A program made the position numbers and the translations under genes. A stretch of 50,662 nt of DNA from an uncultured Lachnospiraceae bacterium (lineage in GTDB: Bacteria > Bacillota > Clostridia > Christensenellales > UBA1242). The notes under the pieces were generated by a model, which saw nothing but the letters and a program-made list of their open reading frames with translations, was not told the DNA's origin and made no database searches. Each line of letters starts with the position of its first letter. Position 1 is the stretch's first letter. Of this stretch, positions 40,026 to 50,007 are shown piece by piece. The stretch lies in NCBI GenBank assembly GCA_964437615.1, contig CAYTHL010000003.1:1-50662 (forward strand), in the 5' to 3' direction.

Positions 40026-41693
40026 TTATTTGCTGTTTTGTTTATTGTGCAGAGTTCCCTTTTCGGCAAAGCAAATGTTTTTGCAGATAGGTTTTAGCCA
40101 GTCGGCGTAGCTAAACAAAATTAGGGTATGCTCTTTGCCAATCTTTTTAAATATATCTAAAAGTTCTTTCTTTTGGTTGTCAGAAAGTGTTTTAGGCGTT
40201 TCGTAAATCATAATAACTTCGGAGTTTGTGCAAATTGCACGGGCTATACCCAGCAAATATTTGTCGTAATCGGTAAATAATTCTGGCTCTTTAACAAGAT
40301 TACTTTTGTATGCAAGCTGTGTTTTTACAATTTTATCGTGCAATCCAAGGTCTTTGCAGACTTTGTACACTTGTTGCTTACTGGCGCCGCTAGTTAACAT
40401 GTTGTTCATAATTGTGTCGCTGTAAAAATATGGTTTGCTTGTCGTGTAGGTTATATTGTGCCTAAAGGTTTCTTTGTCAAAGTCAAAAATGTTAATATTA
40501 TCTAGGGTTATCGTTCCGGTTGTTGGCCTAACTGCACGGCGAAGCATGTAAAATATGGCTCTTTTGCCGCTACCGTGCGCCCCGTAAATTAGGTTGCAGC
40601 TTTTAGGATTAATTTTTAAATTAAATTTATCTATGTGGCTGGCAATTTCTTCATCTTTGCCCAAGTAGCTTACATTTGTAAATACAAGGCTGCCGCTTAC
40701 ATCGTCCACCAGATTGTTGCCGTACTCCATAATGTCGTCTTGGTCCATGTCTAGTATATTTTTTATACGCAAGGTAGAAACATATAGGTCTTGCACATAA
40801 TCCATGATGGTATACGAGCCAACCATTTGGGTTATTGCCTTAGTTAAGTATTTGCTAAGCACTAAGTAAAGAGTTAGTGTAAAAATATTACTTTTGGTTA
40901 AAATTACCATATATATGCAGCAAAGGACAATAATTGCTTGGTAGATAAAAGGAATCCAATTGTATGTAAAGGAGTAATATTTTCCGCATCTAGTTTTGTA
41001 GTCGCAACTCTTTTCCATATTTGCCATAAACTTTTGCTTAATTTGACTATTTAGGTTTAAGTCTTTTGTAAGTTCGCGATTGTTTATGCTATCACTAATG
41101 TCTTCTAGCGCGTAATCTTTATACTCTTGCATTTTGTCGTTGTAAAGGGCAATCCGCTTGTTTGCAAAGTTTGCCAAAAAGAATATTATTACGCACATTA
41201 CTATAATTACGCTGCCAATATAAAAGTTGTAGGTAAGCAAAATTACAATACTAACAACGGCTTGAACAAAATAACTTGCATAAAGGCTAGAATACTCCGG
41301 AAAGTCTGCAAAAATGCCAATGTTGTTGTAAATTATGTTTAAAATCTTTTCCTTGCCCGTTTTGGCAAAACTTTGGGTAGACGCATGATTAAGTTTATCG
41401 TAAATTTTGCCGTGCGCAGTAAGATATGTTTTGCGCATGTTTACATAATATAGCCTGTCTTTAATAAAATACAAAATTCTTTGAACAACTATAATGCCAA
41501 GGGTAACAAGCAGCCAAAAGATAGTTCCGTTAAGGTCTAGCACAGTAATGCTTGTTATTGCCTTTGCACTAGGAATAGCCGCATACAAACTAAGCAAATA
41601 GATGCCAACATAGCACAAAAAGTGAAACAACCAAACAAACATGTTAGGCCTTGCAAGTTTAATATACATTTTTATGGAAGAAAATATATTCAT
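40026..41693 (-). CDS. ABC-exporter-like permease/NBD fusion with degenerate ATPase motifs (second subunit)
   Basis: 555 aa. N-terminal six-helix type-I exporter-like region plus a C-terminal NBD-like domain. Walker A GAHGSGKRA. No Q-loop Gln (TTSKPYFYSDTI). DYDKYLLGIARA stands in place of LSGGQ..IARA. IMIYETP stands in place of ILLDEAT. FSYAD stands in place of the H-loop. The ATG abuts the TAG of the upstream gene. Confidence 0.75.
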   Translation of the reverse strand: MNIFSSIKMYIKLARPNMFVWLFHFLCYVGIYLLSLYAAIPSAKAITSITVLDLNGTIFWLLVTLGIIVVQRILYFIKDRLYYVNMRKTYLTAHGKIYDKLNHASTQSFAKTGKEKILNIIYNNIGIFADFPEYSSLYASYFVQAVVSIVILLTYNFYIGSVIIVMCVIIFFLANFANKRIALYNDKMQEYKDYALEDISDSINNRELTKDLNLNSQIKQKFMANMEKSCDYKTRCGKYYSFTYNWIPFIYQAIIVLCCIYMVILTKSNIFTLTLYLVLSKYLTKAITQMVGSYTIMDYVQDLYVSTLRIKNILDMDQDDIMEYGNNLVDDVSGSLVFTNVSYLGKDEEIASHIDKFNLKINPKSCNLIYGAHGSGKRAIFYMLRRAVRPTTGTITLDNINIFDFDKETFRHNITYTTSKPYFYSDTIMNNMLTSGASKQQVYKVCKDLGLHDKIVKTQLAYKSNLVKEPELFTDYDKYLLGIARAICTNSEVIMIYETPKTLSDNQKKELLDIFKKIGKEHTLILFSYADWLKPICKNICFAEKGTLHNKQNSK

Positions 41694-43367
41694 CTATTTT
41701 ACCCCCACATTATTAATTTTGCCGGCTTGCACAATAAAGCAGTCGTCGCAGACTTTTTTGGCTACATCGCTTGCGCTAAATATTAGCACGGCACGTTCCT
41801 GCTTAATTTTTTTGATTGCGTCAAGCACACCTTGCTGCTCTTTAGCGGTGAGGGATATAGGGAACTCGTATATACACAAAAATTCGGCACGGCTAAGCAT
41901 CGCCCGGGCTAGACCTATCATAAATAGTAAGTATGAGCTAAAACTCTCTTTTTCTCGCCCCATGTTTGTAGAGTAGCCGTGCGGAAGAGATTTTATAAGC
42001 TCGTCTATGCCAAGTTCTTTGCAAACCCTGCTAATCTCTTTACGGCTAGAACAAGCATATCTTAAGTTTTCTAAAACTGTTTCGCTATAAAAATAGGGTT
42101 TGCTGGTAGCGTAAGAAAAGTGATGCTTGTAGGTGTCTTTGTCAAAGTCAAAAATGTTTATGCCGTCCATGGTTATTGTACCAGTTGTTGGAGTTATTAC
42201 CCGCCTAAGAAGATAAAATATGGCGCGCTTGCCGCACTTTTTAACGCCTCTAAACAGTACGGCTGTTCTTGGTTTAATTGCAAAGTTTACATTAAAAATG
42301 TTGCCGCACCCAGCCTCTTTGCCCTCTAAATCTAGATAATTTATGTTGTTAAAGGTTAGGTTGCCAGAAATTTTATTGGTAGTGTTGTTGCTGTAGGCAA
42401 TAACATCGGCGTCTGCCATGTTTAGTATAGTTTCTATACGCTGCACATTTACGCTGCAAGACTGTAAATCGTTAATAAGTCCGTAGCCCGACACAGCTTG
42501 GTCTATGGCGCTTATAAAATAAGGTGCAAGCACCAAGTATGCGGTTACCGAAACCAGCCCATTTTTTGTAATTACAGCTAGCCAAATAGTTAGGGCGGTT
42601 ATAATTGTGTAAAGAACTATGTATGTCCAATATTTGCGCGTGCAGTTAAGTAGTCCTCGTTTAGAATAGTTGTTTACAGTAACATTAACCTTATCTAGGT
42701 AAACTTGTCTATTTTGTTCTTCCAAATTTTGTTCGGTTGTGTAATCTCTGCCGTCTATATAGTTAGAAAGCGTTTCGCTAACGGCATCGCGCGCGGCATA
42801 AATTTTTTGCGTCTTAATTTGTGTAAGATTATTTATAAACACATACCAAAAGTACATAAGCACTACTATTGCGGCAAGTATTAGCGCCATATATATGTTG
42901 TAATAAGCCACAATACATATAATTATTAGGCTTTGCACTAGGTAGCTTAGTTTGTAACTAAGGTAGTCGGCAAAGTTTTGCACAGTGTTAATGCTGCTAG
43001 AAAAAATATTGAGCATCTTTTCCATGCTTTGACCGCTTAAACCTTGGCTTGTCACTTTTTCCAGCTTGTCATAAAGCCTTTCGCTAAGGTTCATGGTTAT
43101 GTATTTGCTGCTTTTGTAAAAATACTTATAGTTTAGGTGCCAAGTATAGAAATAAACCAAGTATCCAATTAAGGTAAACACTAGCCACAAAATAGCCAAA
43201 TTGTAGTTGCTGCTAGTTATACTAGTGACAACTTTTGCCTCGGCAAGAGTAAAAAATATGCTAACAATACATGGCAAGGTAGAAGTAAGCAGCATCAAAA
43301 AGAATAGCCACCAGTTTGGTTTAGCTACTCTTGCCCAGCGTTTAATTTTTTTAAAAGTACTTTCCAT
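41694..43367 (-). CDS. ABC-exporter-like permease/NBD fusion with degenerate ATPase motifs (first subunit)
   Basis: 557 aa. Walker A-like GVKKCGKRA. ATSKPYFYSETV in place of the Q-loop. ESFSSYLLFMIGLARAM in place of the LSGGQ signature. FLCIYEFP in place of Walker B. FSASD in place of the H-loop. Overall collinear with the canonical ABC exporters at 23115-26696. Confidence 0.75.
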   Translation of the reverse strand: MESTFKKIKRWARVAKPNWWLFFLMLLTSTLPCIVSIFFTLAEAKVVTSITSSNYNLAILWLVFTLIGYLVYFYTWHLNYKYFYKSSKYITMNLSERLYDKLEKVTSQGLSGQSMEKMLNIFSSSINTVQNFADYLSYKLSYLVQSLIIICIVAYYNIYMALILAAIVVLMYFWYVFINNLTQIKTQKIYAARDAVSETLSNYIDGRDYTTEQNLEEQNRQVYLDKVNVTVNNYSKRGLLNCTRKYWTYIVLYTIITALTIWLAVITKNGLVSVTAYLVLAPYFISAIDQAVSGYGLINDLQSCSVNVQRIETILNMADADVIAYSNNTTNKISGNLTFNNINYLDLEGKEAGCGNIFNVNFAIKPRTAVLFRGVKKCGKRAIFYLLRRVITPTTGTITMDGINIFDFDKDTYKHHFSYATSKPYFYSETVLENLRYACSSRKEISRVCKELGIDELIKSLPHGYSTNMGREKESFSSYLLFMIGLARAMLSRAEFLCIYEFPISLTAKEQQGVLDAIKKIKQERAVLIFSASDVAKKVCDDCFIVQAGKINNVGVK

Positions 43368-43481
43368 TAGTCAAAACAAAGTTTAATATAAAAAATATCT
43401 ATTTGTCAAATATTTAAAAGCAAACTTATAAATATACATTTTGATTAATTAACTAAATACTCAAATAATTGCTACTAATTG

Positions 43482-43511
43482 TTGACAATAGGGATATCTT
43501 TGTGCTATTAT
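43482..43511 (+). promoter_or_regulatory. Candidate extended -10 promoter for the 1,931-aa surface protein gene
   Basis: TTGACA (43482-43487), an 18-nt spacer ending in TGc, then TATTAT (43506-43511). This implies a leader of about 170 nt. Confidence 0.5.
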
Positions 43512-43687
43512 ACACTTGTAAAATATGTCTTTCTGGCATACACAAAGCAGTAATGGAATAAAATTTAAGTAATAAAATTTGTCAAAAGTTGTCAGAAATA
43601 GTATGTGGTAAAGCCACAAAACGCTAAGCTATCACCATAAAATTATGCGCTCATTAAGGGCGCTTGCCCAAAAATAAGGAATTTTTA

Positions 43688-46600
43688 ATGAAAAAATTTT
43701 TATCATATTTATTTACTTTTGTGTTTTTGTTTATAATAAGCACAACAATTACCATAAAGTTAAATTCTACCAATCAGGATGCAACAAATCAACTTGTTAG
43801 CACCAATGCGGGCGTGCAAAAAAGCTTGCTTGGCGGCATTATGGATAGCCTAGACGCCAACCCTAAGCAAGAAATAGTTGGCAATATAAACCTAGTTGTT
43901 GACGGCAAGCCAATGGCTATAAGTTTATCTGCGCAAGTAGACTTTACTACGCTAACCAACCCAGATGTTAGTGGCTTTGTTAGTGTGCAGTACGATCAAA
44001 TGCAATTATCGGCGTTTGTGGCATATGTAGATAGCACCCTTTTTGTTAGTTGCAACAACATAAAAATAAAGGCGACAATATCTAGCATAAAAGATATTGT
44101 AGAAATATTTAAAAACTTAATAGACCAAAATTCTGAGGAAACACTAGAGGACACCAAAGAAGACGAGACTATTGCAGATGTTGAAGAAAGCAGCAATACA
44201 GACACTTCTACCGAAGACGCAGAAATTTTGCAATCTGGTGACCAGACGGCAGAGCCAGAGCAACAAGAAAATAGCGCAGAAGAAGACAACGCCGAAAGTT
44301 CAAGTTTTTTAGACGGCATTAGTTTGGACGATATAATAGCGGCACTGACTAATCCGCAAAAGCAAATAGTAGATAATCAGATGTTCTTTAACTTAAATAT
44401 AGACGGCATCTGCCAAGCTATGCTTGTAACCGACCTAAACTATAATATTCAAACCTTGCAAATTAATTCGTTTGAGCTTTTGCCACAACTAGAACTAACA
44501 GCAAGTGTAAATATGGTTGCAGATGAAAATTTAATTATAGAGCAGCCCGAAACTGACGACAGTTATCTAGATATAGAGGCCGTTAAAACCGGCATAGAGC
44601 AGCTATTTGCCGAAGACTATATAACGGCAAACATTTGGGCGGCGGTTTATAAAGACAGCATTTTGCAGGAGCAACTAGATAGTTTTGCGCGCCTAAATTT
44701 TGTTACGGATACCTATTATCTAAGCGCCAATTTATCCGGCACGCTAAACTGCTATGCAGCCCTAGGATACAAAAATAATACCATTTATGCAATTTTAAAT
44801 GATATGTATGTAAAGGCCTCTGCCGACACAGTAGACAATATATATGGATTAGTTGCCGAAAATATTAGCGACTTAGAATTAAGCCTAGATTTGTCTGACC
44901 AAGTTGACGCAATTCTTTCTTGGCTTGCAGATAACTACAACAGCGTGCTAAATAGTGCAGTTGTGTCCTCTAGCCAAATAATGTTTACATCAGATTTGTC
45001 TGGCATATTGGGTCAAACTGGGGTTGTTACCTTTACCCTTGGGCTAAGAAACGGCGCCATTTATAGTCTAAAACTTAGCGGCGTAAGCGTCATGGGTTAT
45101 ACAGCAAACTTGTCTGTTAGCCTTGGAACGCCTAGCAGCCTAGATATAAATATTAATGACAGCCTATACTATGACGCTGCCAAGGTGCTACAAGTTGTCG
45201 ACCTTGTGCAAAACACGCAGTATACGGCATCGGCAGACCTAACAATTGGCTTTGACGAAACTGAGCTAAACTTAACATTGTCTGCGCTTGCAGATATAAA
45301 AAACGGCAATTACAAACTAACTATTGGTGGGCTTGTTAGTAAAAAAGATATAGTTGTAACCTATGTTGGCGGGGCTGCTTATGTAAGCATTGATGACGTT
45401 TGCATATCTGCTGGCAGCGCAACCATCAGCGAAATAATAGATATAATAGCTAACCAATTTGGGCTAGATACAGACATTTCTGCAAAACTGCAAAGTTACA
45501 AAGAAATATTTGCGGACATGAGCCTGCAAGACTTGTTAGATTTATTTAACATAAGTGTTGGCGGCAGCGGGATAACCCTTGCAACCGACCTATCTAGCAT
45601 ACTGGAAAAGACTTTTGCCGTAGACATTTGGGCAGACTACATAGTTACCGACCAATTTACTGGCATAAGCGCGGTAATTAATAACCTTTCTATTGGCGGC
45701 ATAACAATTAGTGGCAGCCTAAAAATTGCCAGCGGAGCAGAAAATATTTCTGCGCCACAAAATGTAACCCTAAACCTAGATAGCCTAGATGTAACTAATG
45801 TTGTAAATAGCATAATCAACCTTGCCCAAAGCAAAACCTTTAGTGGTGCAATTAGCGTTAGCTATGATGGACTAGAAATTTCTGGCAACTATGTTTTGGA
45901 TATTTCTAGCGGCATAGCAATATCTGCCAACTTAAATGTCTGTGGGCTAGATGCTAGCATATATTTTGATGGCAACACCATTTATGCTAATGTTGTTGGC
46001 TTAAAAGTTTATGTGCCAATTAACCAAATTGAAGACTTGGTAGACTACTTTAACTACCTATCCCAAAAGTTTAGCACAACCACTAGCAACGAGGAAGTTC
46101 AAACGGCTGCAGAAACTTCCACCGAAGAAAATACGGGGCTAACCCTAGAGTGGTTAGTTGACCAAATTAAAACTAGCCAAAACCTAGATGTTATTAACCT
46201 TATTTGCACAATTTTAGCAGACGATAGCACAGAAATAACTCTATCTGGCAGCAGCATTATGGCAAAACTGCTTGGATTAGACCTAAGTGTAAATATTGGC
46301 GGCAACTCCACCAACCCAACTTGCAGCGCAACTGTTGGCTACGAAAAATTATCTGCTAGCCTAAACCTTTCTGCCGGTGGAGAATTATCTACAATTAACG
46401 CAGCAGAATATGCAAGCTATACCGAGGTTATAGATATTATTAATGCCGTCATTGCGCTTATAGACGGGCAAAAGATTAGCCTAACCGCAACTGCAACCAT
46501 TTACGAGGGCGAAGATGTGCATTACTATGCCACTTGCGAGGCGCAAGTAGAGTTTACTAGCCAAAACTTTGCCTTTTATGCAGATATATCTGTTATAGAC

Positions 46601-49483
46601 TACACCTCTACCGATAAGTCGCCTATGGACTTTATGCTGGCCTATCAAAATGGCAAGTGGTATGCAGACTACAACAATCTAAAACTAAAAATAGACGCAA
46701 GTGACCTAGCCGAAATTGTAGTTATGCTACTGGGCGTTTTAGGCATAGATGTTCCTGCGGCGCTAACAGGCGTACTGCAAAACGCAACTCTTGGCGTGAT
46801 AGATGTAGATACAAGTGTATTCTCAGCCTTAGTGCCAAACATTAACCTAGATAGCCCACTAACCATGCTAAAATATATCTATGGGCTAGATTTGCAAAAC
46901 GGCACATTAACAGTAAAAATAGACAACGCCCTTATAACCAATAACGCTGCCGGCAAGGATATGGTTATTAGTGTAGTAACCACCAAAGATAGCAGCGGCA
47001 ATGTTACCCTTAGCGGGCTAAATTTAAGCAATGTCTACACCGGCGTTACCGAAACCGAAAGGTTTAATTTAAATATTTCGGTTGCCCAATTTAGCGCAGT
47101 AACAGCGCCACCTAGCGGCAACTATATAGACCTTTCTGGTTGCAACAACCTAATAAAGGCTGTTATAAACACTGCTGAACTAAATTATTTCCACATTACC
47201 GGCAATTTAGATGTTACTATTCTTGGCATCAACCTTGGCGAAGTTCCAGTAGACATAAAAATTAAACTAGACGAAAACCGTCTACCAGAAATTTTAATTA
47301 GCTTGCCAGATATTCCGGTTGTAGTTGGTGTAAATAAGGATACCGAACTTACATCAACTAATAGTAGGGCGGCTTATATTTACTACTATCAAGGTTATGT
47401 ATACTTTTACAGAGTAGATAGCGGCTTGTATTGGTTCTCAAGCCGTACAATAGAGCAGACCACAAAGGTTTACTATACCGAAGTATTTGATAACATTTTG
47501 TATTATTTGCAGTGGGTAACCGGATTTTCAGACAGTATTATGGAGGCCATAGAAGAGAGCCTATCTATAGAGCACGAAACCGATTTGGGTAATGTAATAA
47601 CATCGTTTACCGCAAGCGATAGCAAAACAGACTTTAAAATTGTGCTTAACATGTACGAAATCACCGGCGACTCTAACATGGGCGACATGACCATTAGCTT
47701 AACCGTTGTTAACAACGAAAGCACAAACAATAAAGACTATATAGGCTACGCAACATTCAACCTAGAAATGCCATTTACTAGCGCAATAGTTATGCAACTA
47801 GACTGTGACGACCTTGCACTTGAAGACATAGGCAAAGAACTCGACTTTAGCAGCTTTTATGACTTTATAAATAGCTATAGCTATGCCGAAAACGAGGAAT
47901 GGACCGGCACTAATGGCAGTTGGTCACTTTCTAGCACTAAACTTTATACAATCACCTTTGATATCAACTTAGATGGTTACACTGGCAGCGCACCCGCAGA
48001 TATAGAGGGCACTTACGATAGCCCAATAAGTTTGCCAACTTATAGCACATTTAATTACTATTACAATAATAATCAAAACTTAGATGTATACACCTTTGCG
48101 GGTTGGTACACAACTGCAAAATGCGAAGACGGCACTGAGTTTACCTCATCAACAATGCCTCGCGGCGGTGCAACCTTGTATGCAAAGTGGGTGCTAACGG
48201 AAAGTTACCGCACAGCAACATTTGTAGACTACTACGGCAACACCATAGATACTCAGTTTAGTTTAATTGGCACAGCGCTTAAAAGTGTAGAAGTGGCAGA
48301 AACACTTACAATTTACTCTAACTCTAACGCTGTAAAATCTATTTTGCAATACAACGGCTACTTTGTAGACGCCAGCGGCAATAGGGTAACCGAAGTTACC
48401 GAAACTACAACACTCTATCCAAGTTATAGCACTACTACAACATACAATCAATATACCCTATATATAAACACCGGCGTAGCTAATCAAGACTTGTCTACCG
48501 TGGCCTACGAGCAGCATGATGTTACTAGCCTCTTGCCACAACTAGACGCGCAAATAGACATATTTGATAGCCTAGCAGGCACAACCACAACTTACAGTTT
48601 TGGTGGCTGGTACACAGATAGCAACTTTACAACCCAGTTTGACGGAACCATGCCAAGCGCAAACACCTCAGTTTACGCAAAATGGACGGTTGAAAGAGTA
48701 ATTTATCAAAGGCAGCTAAGCGTTTACGATAACGAGCAACTAGTTTATCAAGATTTGTATGCCGTAGAAGACCAAATTAGTCTGCCAAGTAGTGTAATTG
48801 TAAATAATAATACCCAATGGTACCTAGATGCCAACTACTCATCAGCTTACAATTATACCGGCATAATGCCAGATAACGACCTAACTTTATATGTCCGCAA
48901 TTTGTATACTTTAACCTACACTTATTATGTAAAGAGCGGCAGCACTTATGTGCAAACCACTGCAAGTGTAAATATTTATCAAGGTCAAACAATTTCTTTG
49001 CCTAGCCAGGCAGACGACATTATAGAGTTTGGCTCGGGCGATAGCTATTACAGAATGGTTTACACATTTGGCGGTTGGTTTACAGACAGCACCTACACAA
49101 GCGAGTATACTAGCGCCACTATGCCAAACGCAAACACCACCGTTTACAGCAAATTCACCGCCCAAAAACAATACAGAATAACCTTTGACACAACTTGGGT
49201 TAAACCAACTATGTGGGTATCAGACGGCAAAATAGTGCAAAAAGGCACGGTAGAGTCTGTTTATGTAAATGAGGGAGAAACATTTAACGCTGATGCGGCA
49301 AATTATACCACTACTGCACAATATAAATACATGGGTGTAACATATTCCTTTAATGTTGTTGCATGGAATACAACAGGCTGCTCAACCGTTACTACTGGCG
49401 CAACAAATACTAAATCTTACAGTCAATTAAGCCCATTTACAGTTAACAAAAGTATAACATTATATGCAATTTGGGGAAAATAG
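43688..49483 (+). CDS. Large secreted/surface protein: signal/anchor, acidic low-complexity linker, about five copies of an uncharacterised 200-245-aa module, and C-terminal Listeria-Bacteroides (InlB B-repeat) modules
   Basis: ATG 43688 (MKKFLSYLFTFVFLFIISTT) with AAGGA 7 nt upstream; the track's TTG at 43664 is less likely. C-terminal modules include YTFAGWYTTAKCEDG..ATLYAKW, YSFGGWYTDSNFTTQ..TSVYAKW and YTFGGWFTDSTYTSE..TTVYSKF. Terminator at 49494-49521. Confidence 0.85.
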   Translation: MKKFLSYLFTFVFLFIISTTITIKLNSTNQDATNQLVSTNAGVQKSLLGGIMDSLDANPKQEIVGNINLVVDGKPMAISLSAQVDFTTLTNPDVSGFVSVQYDQMQLSAFVAYVDSTLFVSCNNIKIKATISSIKDIVEIFKNLIDQNSEETLEDTKEDETIADVEESSNTDTSTEDAEILQSGDQTAEPEQQENSAEEDNAESSSFLDGISLDDIIAALTNPQKQIVDNQMFFNLNIDGICQAMLVTDLNYNIQTLQINSFELLPQLELTASVNMVADENLIIEQPETDDSYLDIEAVKTGIEQLFAEDYITANIWAAVYKDSILQEQLDSFARLNFVTDTYYLSANLSGTLNCYAALGYKNNTIYAILNDMYVKASADTVDNIYGLVAENISDLELSLDLSDQVDAILSWLADNYNSVLNSAVVSSSQIMFTSDLSGILGQTGVVTFTLGLRNGAIYSLKLSGVSVMGYTANLSVSLGTPSSLDININDSLYYDAAKVLQVVDLVQNTQYTASADLTIGFDETELNLTLSALADIKNGNYKLTIGGLVSKKDIVVTYVGGAAYVSIDDVCISAGSATISEIIDIIANQFGLDTDISAKLQSYKEIFADMSLQDLLDLFNISVGGSGITLATDLSSILEKTFAVDIWADYIVTDQFTGISAVINNLSIGGITISGSLKIASGAENISAPQNVTLNLDSLDVTNVVNSIINLAQSKTFSGAISVSYDGLEISGNYVLDISSGIAISANLNVCGLDASIYFDGNTIYANVVGLKVYVPINQIEDLVDYFNYLSQKFSTTTSNEEVQTAAETSTEENTGLTLEWLVDQIKTSQNLDVINLICTILADDSTEITLSGSSIMAKLLGLDLSVNIGGNSTNPTCSATVGYEKLSASLNLSAGGELSTINAAEYASYTEVIDIINAVIALIDGQKISLTATATIYEGEDVHYYATCEAQVEFTSQNFAFYADISVIDYTSTDKSPMDFMLAYQNGKWYADYNNLKLKIDASDLAEIVVMLLGVLGIDVPAALTGVLQNATLGVIDVDTSVFSALVPNINLDSPLTMLKYIYGLDLQNGTLTVKIDNALITNNAAGKDMVISVVTTKDSSGNVTLSGLNLSNVYTGVTETERFNLNISVAQFSAVTAPPSGNYIDLSGCNNLIKAVINTAELNYFHITGNLDVTILGINLGEVPVDIKIKLDENRLPEILISLPDIPVVVGVNKDTELTSTNSRAAYIYYYQGYVYFYRVDSGLYWFSSRTIEQTTKVYYTEVFDNILYYLQWVTGFSDSIMEAIEESLSIEHETDLGNVITSFTASDSKTDFKIVLNMYEITGDSNMGDMTISLTVVNNESTNNKDYIGYATFNLEMPFTSAIVMQLDCDDLALEDIGKELDFSSFYDFINSYSYAENEEWTGTNGSWSLSSTKLYTITFDINLDGYTGSAPADIEGTYDSPISLPTYSTFNYYYNNNQNLDVYTFAGWYTTAKCEDGTEFTSSTMPRGGATLYAKWVLTESYRTATFVDYYGNTIDTQFSLIGTALKSVEVAETLTIYSNSNAVKSILQYNGYFVDASGNRVTEVTETTTLYPSYSTTTTYNQYTLYINTGVANQDLSTVAYEQHDVTSLLPQLDAQIDIFDSLAGTTTTYSFGGWYTDSNFTTQFDGTMPSANTSVYAKWTVERVIYQRQLSVYDNEQLVYQDLYAVEDQISLPSSVIVNNNTQWYLDANYSSAYNYTGIMPDNDLTLYVRNLYTLTYTYYVKSGSTYVQTTASVNIYQGQTISLPSQADDIIEFGSGDSYYRMVYTFGGWFTDSTYTSEYTSATMPNANTTVYSKFTAQKQYRITFDTTWVKPTMWVSDGKIVQKGTVESVYVNEGETFNADAANYTTTAQYKYMGVTYSFNVVAWNTTGCSTVTTGATNTKSYSQLSPFTVNKSITLYAIWGK

Positions 49484-49493
49484 GATCACAACC

Positions 49494-49521
49494 AAAAAAG
49501 ACGGCTCTGCCGTCTTTTTTG
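49494..49521 (+). terminator. Rho-independent terminator
   Basis: AAGACGGC-tct-GCCGTCTT followed by TTTT, 11 nt after the stop. Confidence 0.8.
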
Positions 49522-49571
49522 TACTATCAAAATTTTTGTAACGCAAAACTGAGTGTTAGGATTTTGCTAAT

Positions 49572-49732
49572 GGGGTCCCCATAGGTTTCTATCAAAAACC
49601 GTATGGGGCAAGGAATATGCTTGCCAACAAATGGAGTTTTGGCATTTAGCCAAAACGACTTATATTTGGCAAGTATGTGACGCAGTAAGGGGGCTGTCTG
49701 CCATGCGGCAAATCTTTGCGGCAGACTGAGGG
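49572..49732 (+). repeat. GC-rich structured repeat element, copy 1 (161 nt), possible ncRNA or miniature repeat element
   Basis: Near-identical to 50463-50620. Contains several strong stems: CCCCATAGGTTT/AAACC(G)TATGGGG, GGCAAG/CTTGCC, CTTGCCAA/TTGGCAAG, GTTTTGGC/GCCAAAAC and GTCTGCC/GGCAGAC. Confidence 0.85.
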
Positions 49733-50007
49733 TTGTTCGGCTTGATTTTGCTCTTTATTTGCTTTAAAAGATTAAACAAAATAACACCCAATGCCCAATT
49801 GTACAACCCCCTTGTCCGCTCCGCGCCCACCCCCCTTATTATGGGGGAATAACGAGAACTAAATTTTAGCGTTCTTGAATAAGGTTTTTAAGTTTATTAT
49901 ATTTTATTATTGCATTCTTTATAATTGGTGATGCAATGTATGTTATATAATATTATCAATCTTAGTAATGTTTGCACTAAATTTCATTGTTTTTAATTAT
50001 CTGTTAG

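Noticed and set aside
49604-49681. 25-aa ORF (MGQGICLPTNGVLAFSQNDLYLASM) inside the structured repeat. The one internal substitution between copies (TTG to TTA) is synonymous in this frame.
   Set aside because: It has no ribosome-binding site, and a single substitution is not statistically meaningful. The dense helices favour an RNA/DNA structural element. It is worth re-testing once more copies are available.
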